Part shown: piece by piece, positions 22,252 through 34,866 of the stretch | How positions within the stretch are numbered: the first letter of the stretch is position 1 | How the letters are laid out: every line of letters starts with the position of its first letter | Assembly (NCBI RefSeq): GCF_001194135.2 | Contig: NC_068983.1 | Span: 57,394,135 to 57,445,778 of the forward strand | Length of the DNA: 51,644 bases | Direction: 5' to 3' | Source of the DNA: Octopus bimaculoides | Taxonomy: Eukaryota | Translations under genes and position numbers: made by a program | The notes under the pieces: model-generated | Told to the model about the DNA's origin: nothing | Seen by the model: only the letters and a program-made list of their open reading frames with translations | The model's database searches: none

Positions 22252-22415
22252 GACGGGCTTCTTTCAGTTTCTGTCTACCAAATCCATTCGCAAGGTTTTG
22301 GTCGGCCTGAGGCTATAGTAGAAGACACCTGCCCAAGGTGCCACGCAGTGGGACTGAACCCAGAACCATGTGGTTGGTAAGCAAGCTACTTACCACACAG
22401 CCACACCAGCGCCTA
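22250..22415 (-). mobile_element. SINE family C, 5' half
   Basis: Reverse complement of the family C head and core. Confidence 0.85.
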
Positions 22416-23119
22416 TTAGAAACTTCATATCTTGAAGGATTTGATGTTTTTTACATAATGTTAACGTGGAGCAAATGAAATCATAATGTAAGAAAGAGAT
22501 ATACAAATTGACGACAATGTTCTTTTTGTCAGTAGCCAACATTAGAAGAGATACTTATTCAATATGCCTGAACAATAGAAAAGCAATTTATCTCATGGAA
22601 AATGACATTTTTTAGTTCAACAAACCTGAATTTAAGGAACATTTCGCAGAGTTTCTAATTGGAAGACTTTCGGAATCGCTTTCTTGCTTAAATCAGATTT
22701 TTTCCAATTTTCTTCAGGATTTTTTTTTTTTTGTACATTTTGTAGCAGTTTTGGCCAACCATTTTCGAGAAAGGGTCTGCAGGTGACATAGCTCATCAAC
22801 AGGTGAGCCGCATTACTAAAAATATTCAAGGTAATTTGTCATTAGGCGAGCCATTCAGAAAGTCCTGCAGACTTAAGTTTGTCCATGTTTTTATAGTATT
22901 CTGTGTTTCGAAAGACTCTTGTGACTGGTCTTCTGAGGGCACAATGAGGGGGGAAGAGCATGACATTTGAAGAGGGATGAAAGTATTTACTAAAGAAAAA
23001 ATCCATCCTCAAGTGAAATATCCCCCCCCCCAAAAAAAAACTGGAGTAATTTTGATATAAGCATGACAGCTATTTTGAAAGTCTGACCTACTCATTTTAG
23101 GCTAGTATTAGTCACTTTA

Positions 23120-23427
23120 CGTTATTTACATTCAACGGATATTTGTCCTCATCTTGTTTGTTGTTAACACAACATTTCGGCTGATATACTCTCCAGCCTT
23201 CTTCAGGTGTTTTGCGGAAATTTCAAACCTAGGTTCTTATTCCTAAGGTATTTTTCGATGCTATTATTATTACTATTATTATTATTATTCAAGTAACTGC
23301 CTGGAATCGAACTCAGAATCTCGGATTAGTAGCCTGCACTTTTAACCACTGTGCTATATGAGGACAAATATCCGTCAAATGTAAATAATGAATGTAAATA
23401 ATTCCTCATCTCTTAAATATAGAACTG
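23120..23427 (-). mobile_element. tRNA-headed HHR element, copy 3, with an inverted tail copy at 23358-23427
   Basis: HHR motif 23166-23211 (-), tRNA-like head ~23290-23360 (-), then + strand tail ATGAGGACAAATATCCGTC...TATAGAACTG. Confidence 0.85.
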
Positions 23428-25152
23428 TATTAGCAAAAGTGTAATTACAAGTAAAATGACAATTATAAAAAAGAGAATGCAAAAGAAATACGTAAACTGG
23501 TTTTATGAACTGAAATACCTTAAAGATTTGTGTGCTCATACTGCAGATTTCCTCTTGTACCTCAAGACAAAAATTTGCATGAGTTTCAGCTCATACAGCA
23601 AGGTTCTATTGTATTTAGTAGACAAGCTCTAACAAGTTTGTATCCATTTAACTAGTTATAAGGCTTTGTTGACTATAACAGTGGTATTGAGATAATTTAT
23701 AAATCCAAGTGTTTTTTAGGGGACAAGTAAGACCAGGAGCTGACAAAAGTTTTTACATCAATGATCCATGGAATCATTGATAACTTATCAGTCCCCATCA
23801 TGTAACTTCCTTGAAATGAATTTTGAAATGTATAATCCTTTCTATTATAGGCACAAGGCCTAAAATTTAGGAGAAGGTGACTAGTCAATTACATCGACCC
23901 TAGTGCTCAACTGGTCCTCATTTTATCGACCCAGAAAAGATAAAAAGTTGACCTCAACAGGATTTGAACTCACGACGTAAAGAGCTGGAAGGAATACCCG
24001 CGAAGCATTTTGTTCTTGATTTAAAATGATAATTCCTTCGTTATTTTGTGTCATTATCATGTTTTAATTAATAAGAAATATTTAAATAAAGTTAATGAAA
24101 ATACTAGACGAAATTGATTTAGAAGAAAATAAATTCAGTCATATTGATATAGTCGGAATACTTAATGTGAAATATGTTTTGGGTGAATACAAGTTAATAT
24201 TGCATCGATGTTTGGCTGGAAATTATTGAGTTTTAGCCTTAAATTACCGCACTCTACCGAACATATTCTGTTTCTCTTCTTCGTTAAAATTGTACATGAT
24301 GTCTTCCTGAATAATATTCTTGTCCTTGTTTGGTTCATTAATCTTCCTGTTTGGGATCTTTGTGGTTTTCGTCACTGTTTACGATTATCTTTAAAAAAAA
24401 TTTTCTTTAATGTATCATATAAATATTATTTTTGACGCTGAACTCGAATTTGTTATTCATTTATTCCAGAAAAATTTTGCCAAAAATGTTACAAGAGTCC
24501 GAATATGCAACTACGTCAAGTTGCTTCTCTGTGCACAGCTTGATTTTTAGATCTCCAGTCCATTCTCTATGATAGTATGAAGATTGTTTCATCTCTGTGA
24601 TTACCAGAGAAATACACACTAAAAGGAATATGGACAGATGGATAGAGTGATAAATTTAATATTGTGCATTGATCAACACGCTGGAAAGTGTTGTTCTTTG
24701 AATATGAGGTGAGTCAATCTGAAAGAGCTAATCCGTATATTACAAGTCCAATCTGTGAGTGGAACAGTAAAAATATGCAAGACTTTTCTCAAGTTCCAAA
24801 TGTGAATTCGTCTGTGTTAACTACATCCAAAAGATGGTGCCTTGTATCTTTGTTGGAATCCGGCTCCCTCCTCAGTGGAAGATTTATTATAATTAAAAAG
24901 TAGAAGACATACATACATACACACACACACATAGTACACCCACGCATACAAACACCCCCATATACACACACACATACATATATACACGCACTGATACGTA
25001 GACTTAGATACATACACTCACATATACATACACACATACGTAGTTTGCCGAAACTGGAAACTTCTTCTCCAGTTTGACTTTCACACAGCTGTGTAATAAG
25101 CATCTGTACAACTTGTATTAAGCCCTCCTCTCTCATTCATTCAATAAATTCC

Positions 25153-25183
<31 letters not shown>

Positions 25184-25662
25184 GAAGAGAAAGGTATATT
25201 TGCACATTATTTCTAAATGAAAATTGTATAAATTTCTGTGAAGTTTGTCATTAAAATTGAAAGTGTATGAAGCAGACAAGATCAAAAACAAGAATACCTA
25301 GAAAAAAAATCTCAAGATCAATAGCAAATATATCAGGATAGTTATTAAACATTTCATTTCAAAGCAACCGTTTCACAAGAGATTAACTCCATTCATAGCA
25401 TTGTTCTAAGAATCTCTGAAACAATAGCTATTTTGTTTGTTCGTGGAGTCTTGGCGTCTGTTCAGTACACTCGGGTGGCTGTCCAATCTAAATTCAACTT
25501 GTAAAAGAATTTTCTTTAAAATTTCCCTTAAGAAAAGGGAAGAGAAGTCCAATGGCGTCCAACTAGAAGAGCTAGACTGAAATTTCCATATCACAAGGTT
25601 TTATTCTTAATTTTCCTCGCATGGATGTAAATTTGGGTATACATATACACATAGGTATTTTA

Positions 25663-25698
<36 letters not shown>

Positions 25699-25701
<3 letters not shown>

Positions 25702-25856
25702 AAAGTCCTGGTTTGTTGCCAACTTAATGTGGCAGTCCCAGGAAAGAGAATGTCACGTAGCCAACTGGAAACGATGTTTCCTTGGGCTAAATAGCGGTAG
25801 CATTCTTCCATTTCCTGGGACTGCCACATTAAGTTGGCAACAAACCATCACTTTAT
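25699..25856. repeat. Fold-back element with a 37-bp perfect inverted repeat
   Basis: 25709-25745 is the exact reverse complement of 25811-25847; imperfect pairing extends outward and inward. Confidence 0.95.
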
Positions 25857-27367
25857 ATATATATATATAAANNNNNNNNNNNNNNNNNNNNNNNNNNNNN
25901 NNNNNNNNNNNNNNNNNNNNNNNNNNNNNNNNNNNNNNNNNNNNNNNNNNNNNNNNNNNNNNNNNNNNNNNNNNNNNNNNNNNNNNNNNNNNNNNNNNNN
26001 NNNNNNNNNNNNNNNNNNNNNNNNNNNNNNNNNNNNNNNNNNNNNNNNNNNNNNNNNNNNNNNNNNNNNNNNNNNNNNNNNNNNNNNNNNNNNNNNNNNN
26101 NNNNNNNNNNNNNNNNNNNNNNNNNNNNNNNNNNNNNNNNNNNNNNNNNNNNNNNNNNNNNNNNNNNNNNNNNNNNNNNNNNNNNNNNNNNNNNNNNNNN
26201 NNNNNNNNNNNNNNNNNNNNNNNNNNNNNNNNNNNNNNNNNNNNNNNNNNNNNNNNNNNNNNNNNNNNNNNNNNNNNNNNNNNNNNNNNNNNNNNNNNNN
26301 NNNNNNNNNNNNNNNNNNNNNNNNNNNNNNNNNNNNNNNNNNNNNNNNNNNNNNNNNNNNNNNNNNNNNNNNNNNNNNNNNNNNNNNNNNNNNNNNNNNN
26401 NNNNNNNNNATATATATATATATATATACCAGCATACACGCTCACACACACACGTGCAACACGCTCGCACTCATACACATGCGCGCAAAAATGTTTCATA
26501 CACACGTCAATATATGCACATGCCCAAGTAAAAAAAACAGGGCTAAAGGCAAAATACAGAAAACAGTGTAAAAACGTGTGTAAAATATATACAAAACATT
26601 ATCTCTATAAATATGTAAAAAAATATATTAAAAATATATAAGAAATCTAAGTAAAAATTATAGAGAGATAAAAAGCTTATACATAGACAATATAGAAAGC
26701 AAGTCCTATCAGTAATCTTGTGGGGACCAAAAACATAGCAAATGTTTAGCCACATGTGAACATGGTCCGATTACTGATAGGACTTGCTTTCTATATTGAA
26801 ATAAGCCCGTCGCTGTTGTGCGCATGCTCACATGTCCAAGATAGGGAGCTGCACGCTAAGGGGAGAGAGAACTGTGGTTCACACAGTGCCAACCACAGTG
26901 TGCTGGTAGTGTTTCTTTTTGACTCCACATGTGTTATGCATAAAAACATGTTTGTATTCTTGATTGTGATAAAGTGTAGAATTAGATTATTATATTAGAT
27001 TATTATCCTGCTTCCAGCTTCAATGTTGTTGCCAGCATTTGTAAAATAGGGTAGATTTTTCCCCCTTATTTTGTGATTTAGGGGGAGATTCTTGAAAAAC
27101 GAGGGGGAATTCGTGGCAGTGTTCAGTGAACAAATTAAACACACTAACCTAGCAGTCGCTAAAACATGAACCGATCAAGTTTATGTATAAATATTCTTTT
27201 TCTGAAGCAGCACCCCCCCACCACCACCCACCACCTAATTTTATCTACGATTTGCCACGGCACCCGGCGTTTTAAGAGAGTATTCTCCTACCGGCAAATA
27301 CACGAAACGTGTACGTTATGTCTGTGTGGATGATAATGCTTAATACTCAGTTGCTGCTTCTATTATA

Positions 27368-27790
27368 TATTTGAATTCTTTGTTCTTTTATTTGTCTCAG
27401 TCATTTGACTGTGGCCATGCTGGAGCACCGCCTTTAGTCGAGCAAATCGACCACACGACTTATTCTTTGTAAGTCTAGTACTTATTCTATCGGGCTCTTT
27501 TGCAGAACCACGAAGTTACGAGTACGTAAACACACCAGCATCAGTTGTCAAGCGATGTTGGGAGGTCGGGGACAAACACAGACACACAATCGTATACACA
27601 CACGTGCATATATACACACACACACACGCACACACATATGACAAGCTTCTTTCAGTTTCCGTCTACCAGATCGATTCACAAAGCTCTGGTCGGTCCAAGG
27701 CTATAGTAGAAGACACTTGCTCAAGGTGCCATGCAGTGAGGCTGAACCTGGAACCATATGGTTGGTAAGCAAGCTGCTTACCACACGCCT
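27368..27790 (-). mobile_element. SINE family C, near full length
   Basis: Reverse complement of 37481-37893, including the central CA/TA microsatellite. Confidence 0.9.
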
Positions 27791-29396
27791 ACACCTGCCT
27801 AGAGTAGAAAGAATATTTTACACATATATATAATATAATATAAATAATATATAAATATATGCACATATCCATGCATGTATGTACATACCTACATATATAT
27901 GTATATATATACGTGCATATATGGGTACAGGACATAAAAAAAAACGTTAAACACAATGAGAAACGAAAACAGAAAACAAACTTTTTTTCGAACAACGAAA
28001 AAAACAAACAGAGAAACGAGACATGCAACATAAAGAGTATAACCCTTCTTCAGTTGTGCCTGTTTCATCTACTCCACGTTTTGATATATGATGCAGCATG
28101 GAATTTTGTCAGTGAACAGGCCGCAGTCTCAAAGCGACGAAATTATTTTGGCAAATTGAATGTAAATATTGAAGAGAATCTAATGGTTTTTGTGTGCTTT
28201 TAAATGGCTTATAAACACCTTCCATGCTGCAATTGTTTTCGTTCCAGCACACGCTTTCAGATGAGGTCACTTGCTATGCAAGTACATCTCTGTAATGTAT
28301 ATTTATGCCAAGATATATAATCAATTCACACAAATCTATACATGTTTACTCACACACACACACACACATACACACACACACACACACACACATTTGTATG
28401 AGGATTATTTGATTCTCTGTCCGAAGAATCTCTAATATGAAATATGTACCATGTTTCATACTACATGTACAATGGAACACGTGTAATGGTGAAATGAATA
28501 ATGCCAAAATAATTCTTACATCTCCTATTTTGATGTTTTTACTCTGCAGAAAACATTTTCTAGCATTTTCAACTCTCACACAAATATAACAAACAAACGT
28601 GCTTCAAGAGGAAACAGTTTGGATTTGAAAACTATCTGTATAATATACAAATATATTTATCCATACACATACGTGTGGTTGTATACGTATGAATGCATGC
28701 TGTTTACTTTTAGTTTTAATAATTGTTTACAATGGAATTTCCATCGTGTTTTCTTGAATCATGTGCAGGGTTAGCCCTAGGTCGTTGTTAGTATTCTAAT
28801 ATCTTATATTCACGATCCGTTTTCTTTTTTTTTTCCGGATATAAAAATCTAGATACTTTTTCCTTCCTTTCTTTCTATATTAAGTCTATTCATTCCAAAA
28901 TAAACGGACCACAGGGTTATAGATCATATCCTATACAAGACTCCCAGACTCACGTCACAAAAACAACGTCAATGACTCTAATAATATAATGACGCCGCTT
29001 TATACTCAGTGATTGTAAAGCGGGTTTCCGTTTCGGAAGACTCGTAAGCATACTATAAAAATCTCGCTACAATTATCAAATAAACATTTTCTATTACTGT
29101 TTTTTTAAGTCTATTTTTATGATAATGTTTTTATTCAGACGTCTCTTTAATTAACTTGTTTTCTTTTATTATTATTACTTTAGTATTTCCTTATCATTAA
29201 GCCTTTCAGTACATTATATTGTTATAAATAGGTTTTGCTTTGATTGAAGTACGTGACATTTTTGTACCTATTCACCAAAGATAAAGGTGGATAATACACG
29301 GATTTCGCGTCTTATATTTAACACTTTAACACGCCAACTATCGATAGTCGGTTCCTTTAATATAAAGGAAGTGTACAAGCTGATATACAGAAATAT

Positions 29397-29435
<39 letters not shown>

Positions 29436-30934
29436 ATTGGAAGGGAGGGGCAGACAGACACACACGAATAAAGATAATGTAGATAGATATACGTCCACAC
29501 TGATGTATGTGTGAATATATATTGATGTTATTATACTTTAGAAAGATTGGTAGTGCTGCTTTCATATACAATCATTCCTCACCCTACGTTGTTAATTGGT
29601 TCCAGAGGACACAACTTAAGTCGAAAAACGACTCAAGTCGAAATAACCATTATTTGACTGAATAGACATGTAATAATTAAAACCTAGGCTAGCCGAAGTG
29701 GTTTTTATATTAGCCTAAGGATTCGGTAAATTGTTAGGCAAACCTAGGCTGCTTTTATATTAGAAAGAAATAATTTCAAATCCTGTCCTCTTGGCTGCCG
29801 TCGGTATTACTCGTTGAGACTGGTGGATGAGGATGAGGACATTACACACAAGATGTCGATGGTTGGAGATCGTCAGCTGTTTCCTGTTGTCTTGGTCTAG
29901 ATCGCTTGGTAATTTTGATCGTTATGCAAACCTGTCCGAAGTTCCTTAAATTGTCTTTTCTTCTCTTCTAAGGTTAATTAATAAGGTTCAATAGTATCTT
30001 GATAATCCGCCAATATTTTTACAAAACGTTCTACCTTGGTTCCATTTCCTGAAAGAAGCCAAGACATTTATCTAAATGAGAAAAAGCCTCTTGCATTTTC
30101 TTCAACGTAAAACGACGAGGCTCAGGATCAATGCTGAATTCTGTACTTTAGCATTAATTTTAATATGCTACACATTATATGTTTCCATTGCGCTTTTATT
30201 TATTTCCCGGAGACGAATACGAACGGGACCAATCATTATATCCCGGAACTAACAGTACAGTATAGTATAGTACGAACGCTGTTGCTGTTTTGCCAAGCGA
30301 CGTAAATTAATACTGTATTTAATATTTATTTAATATTTTAGAAAGACCGACGTATCTTTGTCAATTCCGCAAGTCGAAACGACTTAACCAGAGGTATACG
30401 TGCATGTAATTTATATATATACTAGTTGAGGGAGGAGGAGAGTGTAGAGACTCTAACGGACTGACAAGTCAGTCTTACCAAACGAATCTTATATATATAT
30501 ATATATATATATNNNNNNNNNNNNNNNNNNNNNNNNNNNNNNNNNNNNNNNNNNNNNNNNNNNNNNNNNNNNNNNNNNNNNNNNNNNNNNNNNNNNNNNN
30601 NNNNNNNNNNNNNNNNNNNNNNNNNNNNNNNNNNNNNNNNNNNNNNNNNNNNNNNNNNNNNNNNNNNNNNNNNNNNNNNNNNNNNNNNNNNNNNNNNNNN
30701 NNNNATATTTATTCTAGAGAAAATATGAAACAGAGAGTGAAGTGGAGGAATGAAAACAGACTTGTGCCTAGAGTAGAAAATAATATTTTACACAATCTTT
30801 TATATTTATATAGATATCTATAGTCATGATGGATTGGAAGCATGCATTGTTGAAATGACTGTAATGGAATAATATAAGCTAATTCCATAAATTCTATTCT
30901 TGGACTTATATAAAACTTCTTAATATTAAACATT

Positions 30935-31225
30935 ATGAGGTTTTCCCAGTGGAATATAAATGAAAAGATTGGAGTTCCAACACGTGAGCATCCAACATAC
31001 AATTGTCCATAAAAGAAGCAAGGCTCCTGTTATTGCAAAACACTTACTGATAATCTCTGTCCTTTAGATTTGTTGATGGACATTGCAAAACCGAGGCAAA
31101 TCTGAAATTACACTCTTTTAAACTGTATGCATAAGAGTATTAATGGAATTCTTGAAATAAATACATTATCACCTGCTCCACATCCAGAGGGTAAAGTAAC
31201 TTCTATAACATACAGCTTAATTTTT
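30935..31225 (-). pseudogene. Helitron PIF1-like helicase C-terminal fragment
   Basis: Translates (with frameshifts) SGCGAGDNVFISRIPLI...FKRV.F...GFAMSINKSKGQRL...GQLYVGCSRVG. Confidence 0.9.
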
Positions 31226-31341
31226 TTTGCACAACTGTATGTATATGTGTATGTATGTATGTGTATAAGTGTATGCATCTGTGTATGTGTGTATGTATGT
31301 ATGCATATGTGTATGTTTATACACATGTGTGTGTATGATAA

Positions 31342-31393
31342 GGAACACTGATGAGGTAAATTTGTATGATTTCAATGAAACACGTGTATGTCC
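31342..31393 (+). ncRNA. Type I hammerhead-like motif with degenerate stem II
   Basis: GGAACA CUGAUGA GGUAAAUUUGUAUGAUUUCAAU GAAA CACGUG UA / UGUCC; perfect palindrome ACACGUGU forms stem III. Confidence 0.55.
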
Positions 31394-33440
31394 TATAAGG
31401 CTTTCATTACTCATGCACATACACAAATACACATATATATAAATATGTGATGAGATTTTTTCTGGTTCTGCCTACCAAATCCACTCGTAAGGCTCTGGTT
31501 GACTGGTTATCCCATTAGAAGTCACATACTTCTAAACCACACAGACATGGCAGCTCCTGTATGTATGCAATATAGTTTAAAGACCAAGGAACCAACTCAA
31601 GAAGCCTAGTGGCATGTATTTAAATAATTCAGTTAAAAGCTGGTGTACTGAATACCATAAATAACAAATTCCTAATTTTGCTTTTATAATTTCCATCTGA
31701 GGGGCACCTTAGAAAACAAAGCTAGCAGATTTTCCAGAAGAAAGGAAGATAACACGATATCACGAACATTATTCTCAAATCAATTTATATGTAATGGAAA
31801 AACGATCTTATCTTTGTTGTAGGCAAGCAACAACAACGAACATTTCTTTTTTCTATCTCTTAGACCTGATCAAACCAGTGCAGCCTCAGTTTGCCTGCAG
31901 ATAAGAAGAAATTATATTTTTATTTATAGAAAAAAAAAAATGAGATATTTATTTTCAGCCAAGAGTAATTTACATAATTATATGCACTGTGCCACCTTTT
32001 AACTTAATTATATAAATTCATGCCTTTGGCCACTCTCAGATATTTTTTGCTAGTCTTTTTATTACTATTTTTAATTATCTGAATTACTTTTAGTCAAAAA
32101 TACACCTGACGTTTTTTTTTTTTTCCAATACGTAAAAATATTATTTCTGATCTCAGGGCAATTCTGATGCTAAGGTGGAACCGACTAAAATACATGTCCA
32201 TGGCTGTCCTTTGCTCACAACAAAGATCAAGCTGTCCTTAATTCAGCTTGTAAATTTAACTCAACAAATTTATTCTTCATTTCATAAAATAAATTATTTC
32301 CTAATTTGGGGTCACTAATTAATCAGTTCTTGTCAGTTTCCCACTCAATTGGCATTTTCAAAAATTAAGAATTCATTCTTAAAAATTATGCATATAATAT
32401 ATGGCTGTGTGATAAAGAAACTTTGTTTTTGCATCTGTGAGTGTGCGTGCGTGCATGCATGTATGTATGTCGGCTGAATGATAACCTACGCATGTATGTA
32501 TGTACGTATGTATGCATGTGTAATTTTAAGTGGTGGTGATACACAAGCACAAAGACACACACACACACACACACACACATACATACATACATACATATAG
32601 ACACAAGATGGGCTTCCACACAGTTTCACAAACCACGAGTAGGCCTAGGGCTATTGGAAACGTCAGTTGCTTAATTACTGATGGAAATGAACCCAGTATT
32701 ACATGTTTGCAGAGTCTGCTTCTTAACTGCTTAACTATGCCTACAACAACAACATCATCATCATCATCATCATCATCATCCTCATCAACATTAGCATCCT
32801 CATCATCATTTAGTGTCTGCTTTCCATGCTGGCATCGGTTAGACAGTTTGATTGGAACTGGTAAGTCGACCTCGGCAGAATTTGATCTCTGAACATAATG
32901 GCAGACCGAATGCCGCTAGGCATTTCGCTTGGCGTGCTAATGAGTCTGACAGCGTGCCGCCTTCAAGCAAGCAAACCATTGCCAATTTTACAGCAGTACC
33001 ATTGCAGAGAACAGCAAATTGTCTCTACTATTCGCTATCTACTTGCAGCTCAATGAACTGTGTTATTTGAGAGCTAAGTACATTGATCGGAGAAATAATA
33101 CAGTTCAGATGATGAGATATAAACTGCTCCTCCCAGTGGATTCTTCAATAACCTATCATTTTAGTCATCAATGATCTGCTAGCATGTGCATAGTTATCGA
33201 ATATGTAAATTTGATTTTAATTACAATAGGGAATTCATTTGATTCAGAAAAACTGATTATTCTAAAACAAAATATTGGTAAACTACGTAGAAACAGCAGG
33301 ATTTCACAATGTAGTGAGTTTTACAGTTAATATGTATGTACAAATGTATATATGTATGTATGCATGTATCTATGTATTGTATGTATGTATGTATGTATGT
33401 ATGTATGTATGTATGTATTGTATTGTATGTATGTATGTAT

Positions 33441-33600
33441 GTATGTCATTATTCCGTTTTATTTCTAGATTTTTTGCCAATAGACAAAAACCTGGTTTCT
33501 AACCTAGAACTTAGGCTCCGTCATTGGAATTTCAACAATATTAGTAGGGTATTTTTATCTGCCTGTATGTATGTATGTATGTATGTATGCACGTATGTAC

Positions 33601-33631
<31 letters not shown>

Positions 33632-34396
33632 TGCATGTATATGTGCAGATTTGTATGTTTTGTTTAATGTGTGTATTCTCGTGCATGTAGTTGCATATAT
33701 AGATATGTTCGTATATCTTTAAATGCTAAACTTCTAGAAAGTTTTACAGATCTTTACAGTTCCAGTGATGTCTTGGATGGGTTTGAGAAGCCTAATTTCT
33801 CAAGATCGGTATTTAAGCAGTGTGTGTTACATGTCCCAGGGCCCAAATAATTACAGGTATAAACCTGAACTTATAATCTGGATAGAGTAACTGCAGATTT
33901 CTCAATAGTTCAACGTAGGTATTCTCTTTTTCACTGAAGATCTGTGAATTATTGGGGCCCTGGGATATGTAACACAACTGCCTAAATATCAATCTTGAGA
34001 AATTAGGTTTCTCAAAACCAGAAAGGAGAAAGCTAATCCGAAGACTACAGAACCAATCCATCACTGGAACAGTAAAAATCTGTAAAACTTTCCAGAAGTT
34101 TATCATTTAAATATATACAAACATATCTATATATGCAACTATATGCACGAGAATACACACATTAAACAAAACATACAAATCTGCACATATACATACATAC
34201 ATACACGCATACATGCATCCATCCATACATACATACATACATACATACATGCATACATACATACATACATACATACATACAAATAAAATACCCTGTTAAT
34301 GTTGAAATTCCACTGAATGAGTTTTGGATCTAGATAGAAACCGGTTCTTTCTCCATTGGCAAGAAATATTGAGAGAAAACTGAACAATGACATACA
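33441..34396. mobile_element. Head-to-head inverted pair of RLE-type non-LTR retrotransposon 3' ends
   Basis: The - arm encodes KENTYVELLRNLQLLYPDYKFRFIPVIIWALG; the + arm encodes IIGALGYV..CLNINLEKLGFSKPERRKLIRRLQNQSITGTVKICKTFQKFII*. The arms are mutually reverse-complementary around an unpaired stretch ~33858-33941. Confidence 0.85.
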
Positions 34397-34399
34397 GGT

Positions 34400-34710
34400 T
34401 ATGGTCTCACTTGGCCTGCCAGGTCTTCTCAAACACAGCATATTTTCAAAGGTCTCAGTCACTAGTCATTGCCTCGGTGAGGCCTAATGTTCGAGGGTCT
34501 AGCTTCACCACCTCATTTCAGGTTTTCCTGAGTCTACCTCTTCCACAGGTTCCCTCAACCGCTAGGGTGTGGCACTTTTTCACACAGTTACCCTCATCCA
34601 TTCTTGCCACATGACCATACCAACGCAATCGTCTATCTTGCACACCACAACTGATGCTTCTTAGGGCCAGCATTTTTCTCAAGGTACTTACACTCTGTTG
34701 AGTATGCACA
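34400..34710 (-). pseudogene. RTE-clade LINE ORF C-terminal fragment
   Basis: CGVQDRRLRWYGHVARMDEGNCVKKCHTLAVEGTCGRGRLRKT matches the RTE RLRW.GHV.RM...GR.R motif. Confidence 0.9.
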
Positions 34711-34715
34711 CAATG

Positions 34716-34866
34716 GGCTTCTTTCAGTTTCCGTTTACCAAATCCGCTCACAAAGCTTTGCTCAGCTTGAGGTTATAGTAGAAGACACTTACTTGAGGAA
34801 ACATGCAGTGGGACTGAACCCAGAACCATTTGGTTAGGAATCAAGCTTCTTACCACACAGCCATGC
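34716..34866 (-). mobile_element. SINE family C, 5' half
   Basis: Reverse complement of the family C head and core. Confidence 0.8.

Noticed and set aside
22632-23033. Protein-like - strand ORFs (NTEYYKNMDKLKSAGLSEWLA; KKAIPKVFQLE)
   Set aside because: Probably a decayed transposase, but I cannot assign a family.
24551-24707. Exon-like segment TTTTTAG|...GAG|GTGAGT
   Set aside because: Stops in all three frames; it could be a non-coding exon but nothing else supports it.
24789-25136. ORF MREEGLIQVVQMLITQLCESQ... with a GTATGT donor on -
   Set aside because: No acceptor or recognisable homology, and the ORF crosses a TG microsatellite.
31040-31210. Apparent exon with a strong GTAAGT donor on - and an acceptor on +
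   Set aside because: The translation is Helitron helicase; the splice-like signals are incidental.
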